Source: Octopus vulgaris
Taxonomy: Eukaryota
NCBI GenBank assembly: GCA_951406725.2
Contig: OX597830.1
Location: forward strand, 31,744,001 to 31,808,000
Reading direction: 5' to 3'
Length of the DNA stretch: 64,000 nt
The notes under the pieces were generated by a model. That model saw only the letters and a program-made list of their open reading frames with translations, was not told the origin of the DNA and did no database searches. The position numbers and the translations under genes were made by a program. Shown piece by piece: positions 45,014-60,446 of the stretch; position 1 is the first letter of the stretch; every line of letters starts with the position of its first letter.

Positions 45014-45777
45014 ATGTTTACGTATCATATATACATATGAGTGTACATGTGCATATATGTGTGTGTATATATGTTTATGTATGTATATGTGTATGTATGT
45101 ATGTACATCCGTATATGCATATATGCATGCACACACGTACATGCGTAGGCTTTCTTACTTACTTACTCCAGAACTAAACCGAAGGGAAGGGAGAGAATTC
45201 AACCTAGACCAAAATATTGGGAAGGAAAATAAAAAAAAAAAAAACGAAGACTGGCAGAGGAGCGAGTGAAAGAGAGAGAAAGAGACCGACAGATGAGGGG
45301 AGTGAGAGACAGGCAGAGTAAGAGACATGGTGGAAAAAAGAGATAGAGAAAAAGAGAAAGGAACAGAGGAAGAGACAGAGGGGGACTGTGAGAGAGAGGA
45401 GGAGAGGAAAGATAGACACAGAGACTGAGAGAGCAAGACAGACATGATGGGGAAATCTGAATTGTATTTTTACAGGGGGTTTTTTTTTGTGTTTGGGCAT
45501 GAGTGTGGGTATGTATATGTGTGGCAAGGTTCAAGGGTGTAAGTTTGTTTACATTACCCGTTGTTAGAGAAGTTGTGGCATTCATTATGGGCAATTTTCA
45601 GAGCAGGATATATGACATGGCATCCTTAGTTGTTCTTTTACCAACTTACAAATATTCAGGAATTCAGGACTTGAGGCCAATACACATGATAGGGTGCTCC
45701 AGCCCCTTATCATAATAGTTGGTTTGAAGGACTTCACGGCTGTTCTAGACGTAAGCCTCATACTGGTTTGTATCATT

Positions 45778-46446
45778 TATCTTTTATCTTTTGCTTGTTT
45801 CAGTCATTCGACTGTGGCCATGCTGCAGCACCGCCTTAAAGAATTTCTGGATGAACCAATCAATTCCATTATTTTGTTTTTGCTCAGCCTGGTACTTATT
45901 GTATCAGTATCATTTGCTGAACTGCTAAGTTATGGGAACGTAAATGCACCAACACCAGTAGTCAAGCAGCGGTGGAGGGCAAACACATTCACAGACACAT
46001 ACACACTCACACACACTCACACACACACACACACATACACACACACATACACACAAACATACACATGTCACGAGCTTCTTTCAGTTTCCATGTATTGAAT
46101 CTACTCTCAAGGCTGAGGCTATAAGTAGAAGACACTTGCCCAAGGTGCCACGCAGTGGGACTGAACCCCAAACCATGTGGTTGGGAAGCAAGCTTCTTTT
46201 CTATTCTAGGCACAAGGCACAAAATTCTTTTTCAGAAAGGGGCCAGTCGATTAGATCATCCCCAGCACACAACTAGTACTGAATTTATCGACCCCAAAAC
46301 GATGAAAAGTAAAGATGACCTTGGCAGAATTTGAACTCAGAATATAAAGACAGATGAAATACTACTAAGCATTTTGCCCAGCGTGCTAACATTTCTGCCA
46401 ACTCACTGCCTTTGGGAAGCAAGCTTCTTACCACACAGCCACGCCT
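45778..46446 (-). mobile_element. SINE A with a nested SINE B (46199-46411) and an 18-bp TSD
   Basis: TTGGGAAGCAAGCTTCTT at 46181-46198 and 46412-46429. Confidence 0.9.
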
Positions 46447-46870
46447 AAGTAAAAGAAAGTTATGTCAGTTTTCATGTTGATGAAGACATACACATAGTGA
46501 TCTTGTTGTTGCTGCTGTTGTCACTTTCACTGTTGTTGCTGCTTAACCCCAGGTCAACCCTGAGATTACCATGTTCTCTGTGTTTTTTTTGTTTGTTTGT
46601 TTTTTTGTCTTTCTTGCCGTACACATTCGCTAGATGTCTTATAAAGGGGTCTAATGATCTTAGCTTAGACTTTTTTGAGGACAACCAGATCGAACGATCT
46701 CAAGTGTAACTGTCCAAAATGGTCATGACTTCTGGTACTTGGCTGAAAAAAGAAAGCCAAGAATGACCCGTCTTTTTTTGCCTGTCCTTCTAATTGTTGT
46801 TTCTCTTGTCCACCTTTGTGTTGTCTATCTGTCCAAATGTTTTAATGGCCTCTATTACGTTTTTGTTCCA

Positions 46871-46909
<39 letters not shown>

Positions 46910-46911
<2 letters not shown>

Positions 46912-47118
46912 TACTCTTTACTCTTTTACTTGTTTCAGTCATTTGACTGTGGCCATGCTGGAGCATTGCCTTTAGTTGAGCAAATCGACCCCCAGGACTT
47001 ATTCTTTGTAAGCCTAGTACATATTCTATAAGTCTCTTTTGCCAAACCGCTAAGTTACGGGGATCTAAACACACCAGCATCAGTTGTCAAGCAATGTTGG
47101 CGGACAAACACAGACACA

Positions 47119-47168
<50 letters not shown>

Positions 47169-47339
47169 CACATATTAATGACAGGCTTCTTTCAGTTTCC
47201 GTCTACCAAATCCACTCACAAGGCTTTGGTCGGTCTGTGGCTATAGCAGAAGACACTTGCCCAAGGTGCCACACAGTGGGACTGAACCCGGAACCATGTG
47301 GTTCGTAAGCAAGCTACTTACCACACAGCCACTCCTACG

Positions 47340-47342
<3 letters not shown>
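46910..47342 (-). mobile_element. SINE family A, full length, in (TA)n
   Basis: Family motifs; TA arrays on both sides. Confidence 0.92.
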
Positions 47343-47423
<81 letters not shown>

Positions 47424-47687
47424 TGTATGAGAAGAAATAATTTTCATTTCTTTTTATGGAAACAAAAAAATAATTATATATACGGCTGCAAAAAAGAAGT
47501 GCTCAAGTGAAATTGAGACAGAGACAAAAAAGTCATTGATTAGAGAACAAACATCAAATCTGGCCCAACGACATTATGTCAACCCTCGCTTCTATACATT
47601 TCCCTATATACAAATAATACCCTGGCCTTCAACATATAAAAGGAATACATATACAAGCACAGAAGGTAAAAGATATATATGCACATA

Positions 47688-47870
47688 GAAGTGTAGGAGT
47701 AGCTGTGTGGTAAGTAGCTTGCTCACAAACCACATGGTTCCGTGTTCAGTCCCACTGCGTGACACCTTGGGCAAATGTCTTCTACTATAGTCTCGGGCTG
47801 ACCAAGGCCTTGTGAGTGGATTTGGGAGACGGAAACTGAAAGAAGCCCATCATATATATGTATATATATA
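47688..47870 (+). mobile_element. SINE A 5' half, ending in its internal (TA)n where the hammerhead element begins
   Basis: Head and CORE-like motifs present; 3' half absent. Confidence 0.85.
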
Positions 47871-47901
47871 TACGAGAAAGAAGCAACAAGAATGGATTGG
47901 T

Positions 47902-47992
47902 TTTTAGTACAATTGTTTCATACAAAGACAGGCTTTATTACAAGTTGCAAAAATTGCAGCAGATAAAAGTGTCCCGTACTCATCAGCTAAAA
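47902..47992 (-). ncRNA. Type I hammerhead ribozyme with a 60-nt stem II
   Basis: Minus strand: TTTTAG-CTGATGA-[GTACGGGACA...TGTCTTTGTAT]-GAAA-CAATTG-TA-CTAAAA. 6-bp stem I, palindromic stem III, GUA triplet. Confidence 0.85.
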
Positions 47993-49019
47993 TACATTTG
48001 AGCTCTCTAGACATCTTAGTGGGTGAGGTTATACTCATGAAATATTGGAGATGTGTGTGTGTATGTATTTGTGTGTCTGATCTTTCCCTTCTACAAATGT
48101 CCAAAGAATGAAACCTCCTTCAGGAGGAATATGGAAAAATATTTCATAACTAAGTTCACCCCCAAGTTGAATGGCTGAAAATATCTCTATAATAAGCTAT
48201 AAAGATGAAGGACCAAATTTGTTATGTAAACTGTATTAAACACACACACGCAGTTCTACACATATGTTTTGGTTTTTGAAAATACAACATTGAACAAAGG
48301 ATATTCTAATATTTGAATGAAGCCATTTTACTTTAATTTGTGGAACCAGTTGCTCCTGTATGATAAAACTTAATATTTATTTAACTGTCAATCAGTGAGA
48401 TATTAGACTAAATCAATTGAAAATCAGACAACAGACTCAGTGGTTGTCAGTTTGTATTCTGTCATCTGTAACACACACACCTCCAGAAAACAATAATAAA
48501 AAGAATTCCAGACAAGTCTTCTTTTCTAAAAACCAAAAACCATTTACAGTTGCAAATAAATAAAAATAAAAGTGGCACTGATTACTCTTAACAACTTGAC
48601 CATTCCTCCTTAAACACACACACACACTCTCTCTCTCTCACAAGAAAATGATAAAAAGGAAATATAATTTATGGTCTACCTTCCCTCCCCTTCCTTCCTT
48701 TTCTTCTTCTTTTCTAACACTCCCTCCCGATACAAACACACACACACACACACACACACACATGCTGTCTCTCACTTTCTCCCCATTCATCACCCTCTTG
48801 TACTGTCTTATGTCTCTCCCCACCACTAAAATGGTCAAAAATTTTTCACAGGAACTTAGTTCGATTTGAAAACCCCACTAGAATGGGAGAAAGCGCTAAT
48901 ATATTATCTAAGTTATATGATGTATAAAAACATGTAATATACAAATAAATATCTGTAAATATAAAACCATCCAAATTTATGAGTACCTCATTTCTTCTAA
49001 TACATATGTTTATATATGT

Positions 49020-49054
<35 letters not shown>

Positions 49055-49107
49055 GAATGACAGACAGACAGGCAGACAAACAGACAGATAGACAGATAGA
49101 TAAATAG

Positions 49108-49278
49108 GGTGAGGTCATGGCATTAAGGTTATGAAGTACACTGCACAGCCACACAGTTTTAGGTTCAATTCCAGTATGGGGTTCTTTGAGCGAGACTTTC
49201 CTTCTATGGCCTTGAGTTGACCAATGTCTTGTAAGTGGATGGATATTTAATAGACAGAAGCTGTGATGAAGCCAGTCA

Positions 49279-49341
<63 letters not shown>

Positions 49342-49785
49342 ATATGCATATGTATATGAATACATGTGTATCTGCGTGGTAAAAAGTCTACTTCTGAACC
49401 ACATGGTTCTGTATTCAGTCCTACTGTGTAGCACCTAGGGCAAGTGTCTTCTGCTATAGCCACGGGCCAACCAAAACCTTGTGAGTGGATTTGGTTGATG
49501 TCAACTCAAAGGAGTGCATTGTATATATCTGTGTATGTGTTGGTGTGTGTATGCGTATGTGTGTGTGTGTGTGTTCTGTGTGTGTGTGTTCTGTCTGTTT
49601 GTCCACTACCACTGCTTGACCATCGTTGTTGATGTGTTTACATAGCAGTTCAGCAAAAGAGATCAACAGAATGCACATTAAGCTTAAAAATAAAGTACTG
49701 GGGTCAAATCATTGACATAAAATTCAAGATAGTGCCCCAGTATGGCCATAGACTAATGATTGAAACAAATAGAAGATAAAAGATA
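49108..49785 (+). mobile_element. Two diverged SINE A copies (49108-49280 partial; 49372-49785)
   Basis: Family motifs with many substitutions. Confidence 0.75.
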
Positions 49786-49823
49786 TATACATATACATAT
49801 GTATATATGTACATATTCATGCA

Positions 49824-50039
49824 TACAAGGGGATGCTGAAAAGATCCTGGGTTTAAGGGTGTTACAAAAAGAGGCCCAACCTACCGAGTTCTTTTACAGG
49901 ACTTAGAAAAACTGAAGGACCACTGCAAAAGGTGTATGGATAAATCTGAAAGGAGAATATGTTGGATAAAATCTTAGTTAATTGGACCTCCTGTATTTTC
50001 TTTTACCCAAAGCCATGAACTTTTCATCACCCTGTTGTA
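49824..50039 (+). mobile_element. Tc1/mariner MITE with imperfect TIRs, TA target sites and a transposase C-terminal remnant
   Basis: TA-CAAGGGGATGCTGAAAAGATCCTGG ... CCATGAACTTTTCATCACCCTGTTG-TA. The interior reads (frameshifted) TGLRK/LKDHCKRC..NLKGEYVG*, like the mariner C-terminal 'GEYVE' motif. Confidence 0.8.
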
Positions 50040-50304
50040 TATATACAAATGTATATACATATGTATATATACACAATGACCTCGAACCCACAAGAGTAAA
50101 CAAGAGAGACAGGGACAGGCAGAAACAAGGAAAATGCCCCTTGTATTTGAATACTATGCAAATATTCTTTTATAAAACTTTTCTGCTAATTTTGCCAAAA
50201 TTTTGTTGTTTTCCATAAATAGAGTTGAAAAAGTCTCAATGACTAAAACCAGAACTGAAATGCTTTTTATAAAATTATTTTAGCATTTTCTACCTTGACT
50301 TTTT

Positions 50305-50400
<96 letters not shown>

Positions 50401-50415
50401 TGTATATATATATAT

Positions 50416-50496
<81 letters not shown>

Positions 50497-50708
50497 TATA
50501 CATATATATATACAAACCCGCACACATATATTACCTATAAATATATGTATGTGTATATCTATATGTATGTCTATATATATACATATGTGTGTGTGTGTAT
50601 GTGTGAGTATATATATATATGTACATATATATATATATTGATAGATGGAGACATACACTATATATGCATTCATATATATGTACACAGACACACACTCACA
50701 CACACTCA

Positions 50709-50746
<38 letters not shown>

Positions 50747-51493
50747 TGCATATATATAATGCATATACATATAAATCTCCTAGACAGAGGTGTTATTTCC
50801 TTACAGGTATTCAGACAATTTGCTTCTTGGTCAGTTTATGAGGCTGCTCATTGGCTAGCAGATTATTTTAGAGACATCTATCTGTCTGTCCAGCTGCCTG
50901 TCTATCTGCCTATCTGTCTGTCTGTCTCTCTCTCTCTCTACCTCTCTGTCCATCCGTCCATGTATCCGCCTGTCTGTCCGCCCATCTGTCCTTCTGTCAG
51001 TCTGTCCTCCTGTCTGTCTGCCTGTCTGCCTGTCCCTCTGTCTGTCGCTTATTCATTCCCTGACTGCCTGATTAGATGAAGAATTTAGCTGGCACGTATG
51101 CATGTAGGCATGTCGGAATGTAAGAATGCAAGGATATGCGTGCATATGCCTGCATCTATCCTATGTAAGTATGTATGCATGCATGCATGCATGCATACGT
51201 GCTGTACGTATGTATCAGTATAGATTCATCTGCGATGTAGGTAAAGAAAAAGTAAATGAGTGATGGTGGTGGTGGTGGTGGTGGGTCGGATGGAGAAAAG
51301 CCGACTGAGATCTGTCTGCCTCTGAGTGCAGTGGTGGCAGTGGTGGTGGCAGCAGCAGTGGTGGTGGCGGCAGCGGTGGCAGCTGTAGTGGTGGTGGTAA
51401 TGGTGGTGGCAGCAGCGATGGTGACGTTGGGCAGCTTTCCTCATACAGTAGGCGCTTCACAATGCTGGATGATAAATAGGATATAAGGATAGA

Positions 51494-51560
51494 CGGATGG
51501 ATGGATGGATGGATGGATGGATGGATGGATGGATGGATGGATTGATGGATGGATGGATGG
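51494..51560 (+). repeat. (GGAT)n microsatellite
   Basis: Direct reading. Confidence 0.95.
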
Positions 51561-51749
51561 AGAGAGTTTTGGACGGACGAATGAAAGGGGAAAGATGAGA
51601 GAGTGAATGGGGTGCGGTTTGGATGGGGTGGGGCTGAGAGGGCAGTGGTTAAATGGATAAATGGAGGGTGAAGAAGGATAACTGATAATAACTAGGTGAG
51701 TACTATCACCTGTTAAGATGAATATGATTAGTCATCAACATCAGTTTCA

Positions 51750-54030
<2,281 letters not shown>

Positions 54031-54467
54031 TAAGTATGAGGTTAAGAATGATTCAAAATAGCTGCAATAGTTGTGGCGGTGGTCATGGCCATTTTAAAAG
54101 CAATGCAGTGGGGCTCCCACTTGCACAGCCATGGCATTCATAAATTAGCATTGGGCTCCCGTGACTCGTGGGACTCTGGACACCTGCCCAGTCAACCCAT
54201 GCTTCAAGACTTCACAGGTGGTGGTGGTGGCAGTGGTGGTGAAGGAGGAGGAGATTAAGATGATGATGTTGATGGTGATGTTGACATCATACTTGGCTAA
54301 CAAGGAATTCCAGAAAAAATGACAGAAATATCTTCGGCCATATGAATAGCTCTCTGATTCTGACATCATCTTCTAATCTCACATATTAAAGTCATCTGTC
54401 ATACCCATACAAGAGTGAATATTGTCCACTAGAGGGCTCTTGAAAATGCGAAACTAATTAAACACAT

Positions 54468-54682
54468 ATTCTTTTACTTGTTCCAGTCATTTTGACTGCG
54501 CCCATGCTGGAGCACTGCCTTTAGTCAAACAAATCAACACCAGGACTTATTCTGTGCAAGCCTAGTACTTATTCTATTGACTGTGTTACTGTACTGCTAA
54601 GTTACAGGGACATAAACATACCAGCATTGGTTGTCAAGCGATGGTAGTAGGGGGAAACACAGACACAAAAACATATACATAA

Positions 54683-54714
<32 letters not shown>

Positions 54715-55640
54715 GCAGGAGGGCTGTGTGGTAAGTAGCTTGCTTACCAACCACATAGTTCCGGGTTCAGTCCCACTGCATGGCACTTTGGGCAAGTGTC
54801 TTCTACTTTAGCCTTGGGCCGACCAAAGCCTTGTGAGTGGATTTGGTAGGCAGAAACTGAAAGAAACCTGTTGTATATATGTATATGTATGTATATGTAT
54901 GTGTGTGTGTATGTGTGTGTGTGTGTGTGTGTGTGCCTGTGTTTGTCCCCCAAACATCACTTGACAAGCGATGCTGGTGTGCTTACATCCCCGTAACTAA
55001 GCAGTTCGGCAAAAGAGACCGATAGTATAAGTACTAGGCTTATAGGTACTAGGCTTAGACAGGAAGTTTCTGTCTACCAAATCCACTTACAAGACTTTGT
55101 TCAGTCTGAGGCTATAATAGAAACACTTGCCCAATGTGCCAAGCAGTGGGACCGAACCCAAAACCTTGGGGTTTCGAAGCAAGCTTCTTACCACCCAGCC
55201 ATGCCTCATGTTTTTGTTTTTGGTCAAGCTGTGTTGTACAGGTGTATGTGGTAAGACGTTTGCTGCTCAACCACGTGGGTCCTGGTTCAGTTCCACTGCA
55301 TGGCACCTTGTTCAAGTACTCTTCTGTAGCCTTGGACCAACCAAAGCATTGTGAATTGATTTAGTTGACAGAAACTGAAAGAAGCCTGTCATAAATGTAT
55401 GTGTGTGTTCATGCATGCATGCATGCATGTGTGTGTGTGTTTGTCTCCCACCAGCGCTTGACAACCAGTGTTGGTTTGTTTACATCTCTATTACTTAGTG
55501 GTTCAACAAAAGACACTAATAAAATAAGTACCAGGTTTTAAAAAAATGTACTTGGGCCAATTCACTCAATTAAAGTCTCTGCCAGCCGGTGTTCCAGCAT
55601 GGTTGTAGTCTAATGCTTGGAACGAGTGAAAGATAAAAGA
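54468..55640. mobile_element. SINE A cluster: 54468-54680 (-), 54714-55040 (+), 55060-55206 (-), 55240-55640 (+)
   Basis: Family motifs in alternating orientation. Confidence 0.8.
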
Positions 55641-55832
55641 TTTTCTTCGGCTACCTTGACAAAGTGGACAGAGTGGAACCTTGATGCATGGACTACCACT
55701 GGTTTTCCGTAGCAATGACATCTTTACTTGGGGCTGCATCTAAAGGGCAAGGAACATTCCAGGTGCAAGTAAATGGTCAAGATTTTCTTCTAGCTGTGCA
55801 CCTAGTGTAAAGAAAATAGTAGTAGGCGGGCC

Positions 55833-56060
55833 ACATGCAGAGGCAGCACCACATGTCTGCTTGGTGGTCAGTACAACACAAGTACTTCTGTATAGGAAGT
55901 GATGTCACAGGACTCTGCAAGCAGACATGAGGATGTATGTGAGCAAGACAAAGGGTCCATTCAAGAATAGATCTAACAACCATAAGTCTTCCTTTAGTAT
56001 CCAGGAGAGGTGAAATGCCACAGTGCTGAATAGGCATATATAGTGGTTGAAGATAAGAAC
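55833..56060 (+). mobile_element. Decayed Penelope-like element GIY-YIG endonuclease fragment
   Basis: TCRGSTTCLLGGQYNTS (resembling the CxC..CPL.G.C linker), then from 55933 MYVSKTKGPFKNRSNNHKSSFSIQER*NATVLNRHI*WLK, matching the PLE pattern YIG.T...FK.R..NHK.SF....T.L..HIW.LK. Confidence 0.75.
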
Positions 56061-57401
56061 TATATAAACTTGCTTCCAAACCCCAAGGTTCTGGGTTCAG
56101 TCCCACTGCATGGCACGTTGGGCAAATGGTTCTGTTATAGCCTCAGACTGAACAAAATCTTGTAAGTGGATTTGGTAGATGCTGGTTTGAGGATGTAGCT
56201 GTGAAAACAGCTTGAGAGGAGAATTTATCTAGGACAGAAGTGAGGAAAATCCAAACTTGCTCTGGCTAATCACACCAAAATGGTTTCTTATAAAGCCATA
56301 GCTGCAAGAATTCTCTAGAATTATCACGTGAACACTTGACCTTGATTGATTCAAAATGGAGCCTTCATGCATGATAGGCACTTGAATCACATGTGATTGA
56401 ACATGAAAATGAAATCAACTGCCATATATGTATGAATGTAGTATATGATGAAATGGACATGTATTACACAATCAACGAAACTTTAAGCAATGTGGGGCTA
56501 AGGCAAACTTTTGTTAAATACATGCAACTCCAAGCAAATGTGTTGAGTACTACTTTGTTTCATTTGTTCCCTCTCTGGCATACACAGACAGACAGACACA
56601 CACATACACATGTATGTATATATATGGAAAGTATGATATTGTATGCATGTATGTGTGGTTGTGTGTGTACATGTCTGAATGTGCATTTGTTTATGTGTTT
56701 CTGTGTATATTCACACTCATACAAGCACATGTATAGTGTTACACAAATAGTGCTACAAAGAACCTTATATATATATATAAATACATATAAATACACAAAT
56801 ACCTACATTACAAACATTTTACCAGAGAGAGTGAGAGAGAAAGAGAGAGAAGGAGGGAAATGAAATACAGAGAAAGAGTGAGCCAAAGAATCTGAAAGAG
56901 AGAGATGGTGAGAGATAAAGACAGCCAGCGAGCTGTAAGTAAGAGAAAGAAAGATAAGGACATGACAGAGAAAGAGAAAGTGAAAGTAAAGAGATTCACA
57001 GTTAGACAATTACACATAGATATAAATATGTACATGTAAAATTGTTTTGATTCTCTTTTCTTATGTCCCCTTGTTCCATCCAATCTTCCTTCTGCTCCAG
57101 CCCTACACCTATACACACTCTAACGGATGCATGTATACATACAAACTGTGCATATACATATACACACAAGCAGTGAGACAGTTACATTTCCAATATATTT
57201 CTATGAATGTGTACACACTGAACACTGTGTTAAAATTAAATTATGTATAGATAATTAGAATAAATAGGAACATTCCACTGTCTTGTGCAGGTGAGCAGCG
57301 ATCCATTCCAATTATTTATATATATACAAGACATAATTTTGGTGTATACTTGGAAACATGCACACATGTTTACTCTATGCACTCAGATATCAGTGTGTAT
57401 G

Positions 57402-57513
<112 letters not shown>

Positions 57514-57752
57514 TTATATATATACATATATATTTATATGTATATATGTACACACACATATAACTACAAATATAGACATATATATGTATATAATATACAC
57601 ACATATATATGTATATAACTTATATATGTATGTAAATCTACATCTATTGATATACATATGCATACATGTATACATATACATATGTATGTATGTATGTATG
57701 TATATATACATATATGTATATATGTATGTATATATATATATATATATGTATA

Positions 57753-57817
<65 letters not shown>

Positions 57818-57865
57818 AGTGTCTTTGGGTATTTATATACATTTGTGTAATAGTGTACATAAAAC

Positions 57866-57901
<36 letters not shown>

Positions 57902-57918
57902 AATACATACACACACAG

Positions 57919-57950
<32 letters not shown>

Positions 57951-58498
57951 GTGTATATATACATATATATACATATTTATGTGAGTGTGTATACATACAT
58001 ACATATGTGCATACATACATACATACATATCATAACGTACATAATATGAGTCAGATGGCTACTGGGAAAGAAGTCAAACATACACCTTTTGAAAATGTCC
58101 TCAAAATATTAATTATCTATTTAAAACTGAATCCAGAAGAGAAAGGATTTGTTTATAAATATATATCATTGAAGCTATAACAGTTTTTCTTTCTGAAATT
58201 TTATTTCAGACGCTCTGTGTGTTATAATTATCTTTCTATAGTCTATGTTGATGGGCTTGTGCATGTGTGCATGTGTATATATATATATATATATACGTGC
58301 ATATATATATATATATATATACCTGCATGCACACACACACGCAAACAGAGAGAGAGAGAGAGAGGTCTATAACTATATTCTGAGAACATGTGTATTTATA
58401 TGTTATTCTTTTCAGAAGGTTGATTAAATATCTAAACAGCTATGTGTGATTTACTTATGTATATGTATGATACACCGTGCTTATGAGGGAGAGTAAGG

Positions 58499-58533
<35 letters not shown>

Positions 58534-58617
58534 TGTGTGTATAAGTACCCAAGTATGTACATACACGTATTTGTGCTAGTGATTGAAATTTCACGTAATA
58601 TATACATACATATGTAT

Positions 58618-58692
<75 letters not shown>

Positions 58693-59075
58693 TATATGTA
58701 TATAAATATAGATGTATGTGTCTGTGTGTTTATATAATTAAGTGTCCCTTTTTAAAATGGCCTGCATCTTGCTAAATGCATCTATAGAAAGGGATCTTGA
58801 TGAAGGGGAGTTTGTAAGGAAGGGAGCACAAAAGAGAGTAAGAAACTGTATGTACGTACGTATGTATGTATGTATGTATGTATGTATGTATGTATGTATA
58901 AAAAGTAGTAGGTAGAGTTAATTAAAGAGGGTGAAGGTGAATGAGAGAGAGAGGGAGGGAAATTGAGAGAAATGAAGAAATACAGTAGAGAGAAAGAGAG
59001 AGAGTAAATTTTGAAAGAGAGAAATGAGATTGGACCGACAGTAAGTATGAATGGATGATTATGGTAAGAAACAGG

Positions 59076-59127
<52 letters not shown>

Positions 59128-59341
59128 CAGCAAAGGGGTTGCTATGTGATAATCAGAAAGAGTGACAGGGGATTCTGTGAAAGAGGAAGGAGACACAGAA
59201 ATGGTGATTAAAGAGAAAAATACACAGTCATGAACAGGTAGACAAAGGTGAGAATGTGTTATGTATTTATGTATTTGTTTACAGGCATAAAATACACACA
59301 CAAGTGTGTGTATATATGTATATAGATATATATATATATAT

Positions 59342-59479
59342 AGGTGCATCCATGGCTATGTTCTAGGAAGCTTGCTTCCCAATGACATAGTTCCGGGTTC
59401 AGTCCCACAGCATGGCACCTTGGGCAAGTGTCTTCTACTTGTGAGTGGATTCGGTAGACAGAAACTAAAAGAAGCCCGT

Positions 59480-59516
<37 letters not shown>

Positions 59517-59790
59517 GCATATATTAGTATGTGTGTGTTGTGTGTGTGTGCATGTGTGCGCATGTGTGTGTGTGTGTCTGTGTTTGTCTTCTCACCATTG
59601 CTTGACAACTGATGTTGGTGTGTTTATGTCCCCTGTAACTTAGCAGTTCAGCAAAAGTGACCGATAGAAAAGTACTAGGCTTACAAAGAATAAGTCCTGG
59701 GGGTCGATTTCTTTGTCAAAAAAAAAAACCTTCAAGGTGGTGCTCCAGCATGGCTGCAGTCAAATGACTGAAACAATAAAAGAGTAAAAG
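59342..59790 (+). mobile_element. SINE family A
   Basis: Family motifs. Confidence 0.88.
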
Positions 59791-59809
59791 ACTAGAAGAA
59801 TATATATAT

Positions 59810-60126
59810 ACAAAATTTAGAGGACTGAACACTAAAAGTGGACAGCCTATATGCTAAACATAGACGTCAAATCACCATTTACCACGAAGAATGTGTTCTC
59901 AAGAAAAATCTCAGCAAAAAACCAAAGTGTAAAAATAAGCAAGACACATGAAAATATATGAAATGAAAAACGATTACCTATGTACCAATTGGTTTCACTT
60001 GTTAATATTTACATATATAGATATGCAAACATCTGCAAGATCATCAGCATAGTCTGTCGTTTACAAAACACAATTTCCAGAACTAGATACAGAATGCTCA
60101 ACCGAAATCCTGGATTTCGGTTGAGC
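59810..60126 (-). mobile_element. Hammerhead-bearing Penelope-like pLTR or retrozyme-type fragment ending in a 31-bp palindrome
   Basis: Contains the hammerhead at 59978-60052. Bounded by (TA)n on one side and GCTCAACCGAAATCC-T-GGATTTCGGTTGAGC (60096-60126) on the other. Confidence 0.6.
59978..60052 (-). ncRNA. Type I hammerhead ribozyme with an extended stem I and a 44-nt stem II
   Basis: Minus strand: (AAACGA-caga)CTATG-CTGATGA-T-CTTG...CAAG-T-GAAA-CCAATTGG-TA-CATAG(gtaa-TCGTTT). Confidence 0.88.
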
Positions 60127-60406
60127 CCATCATATATGTGTGTGTTTATCTGTTTGTGTTTGTGACTGTCCTCCCACCAATTGGCAAATAGTGTTGGTTT
60201 GATTCCATTATTTAATTCTTTGGCAAAAGAGACCAAACAGAATATATACCAGACTTTGAAAAAAATGGGTTGTGGCATTGATTGGTTCAACTAAGTTCCT
60301 TCAAGGCAATGCTTCAGCATGGCCACTATCCAACATTTGAAACAAGCAAAAAATAAAGAACGTTAAATGATACATACTTGAGAGACTTAGATTTAGTGAG
60401 ATATAC

Positions 60407-60446
<40 letters not shown>

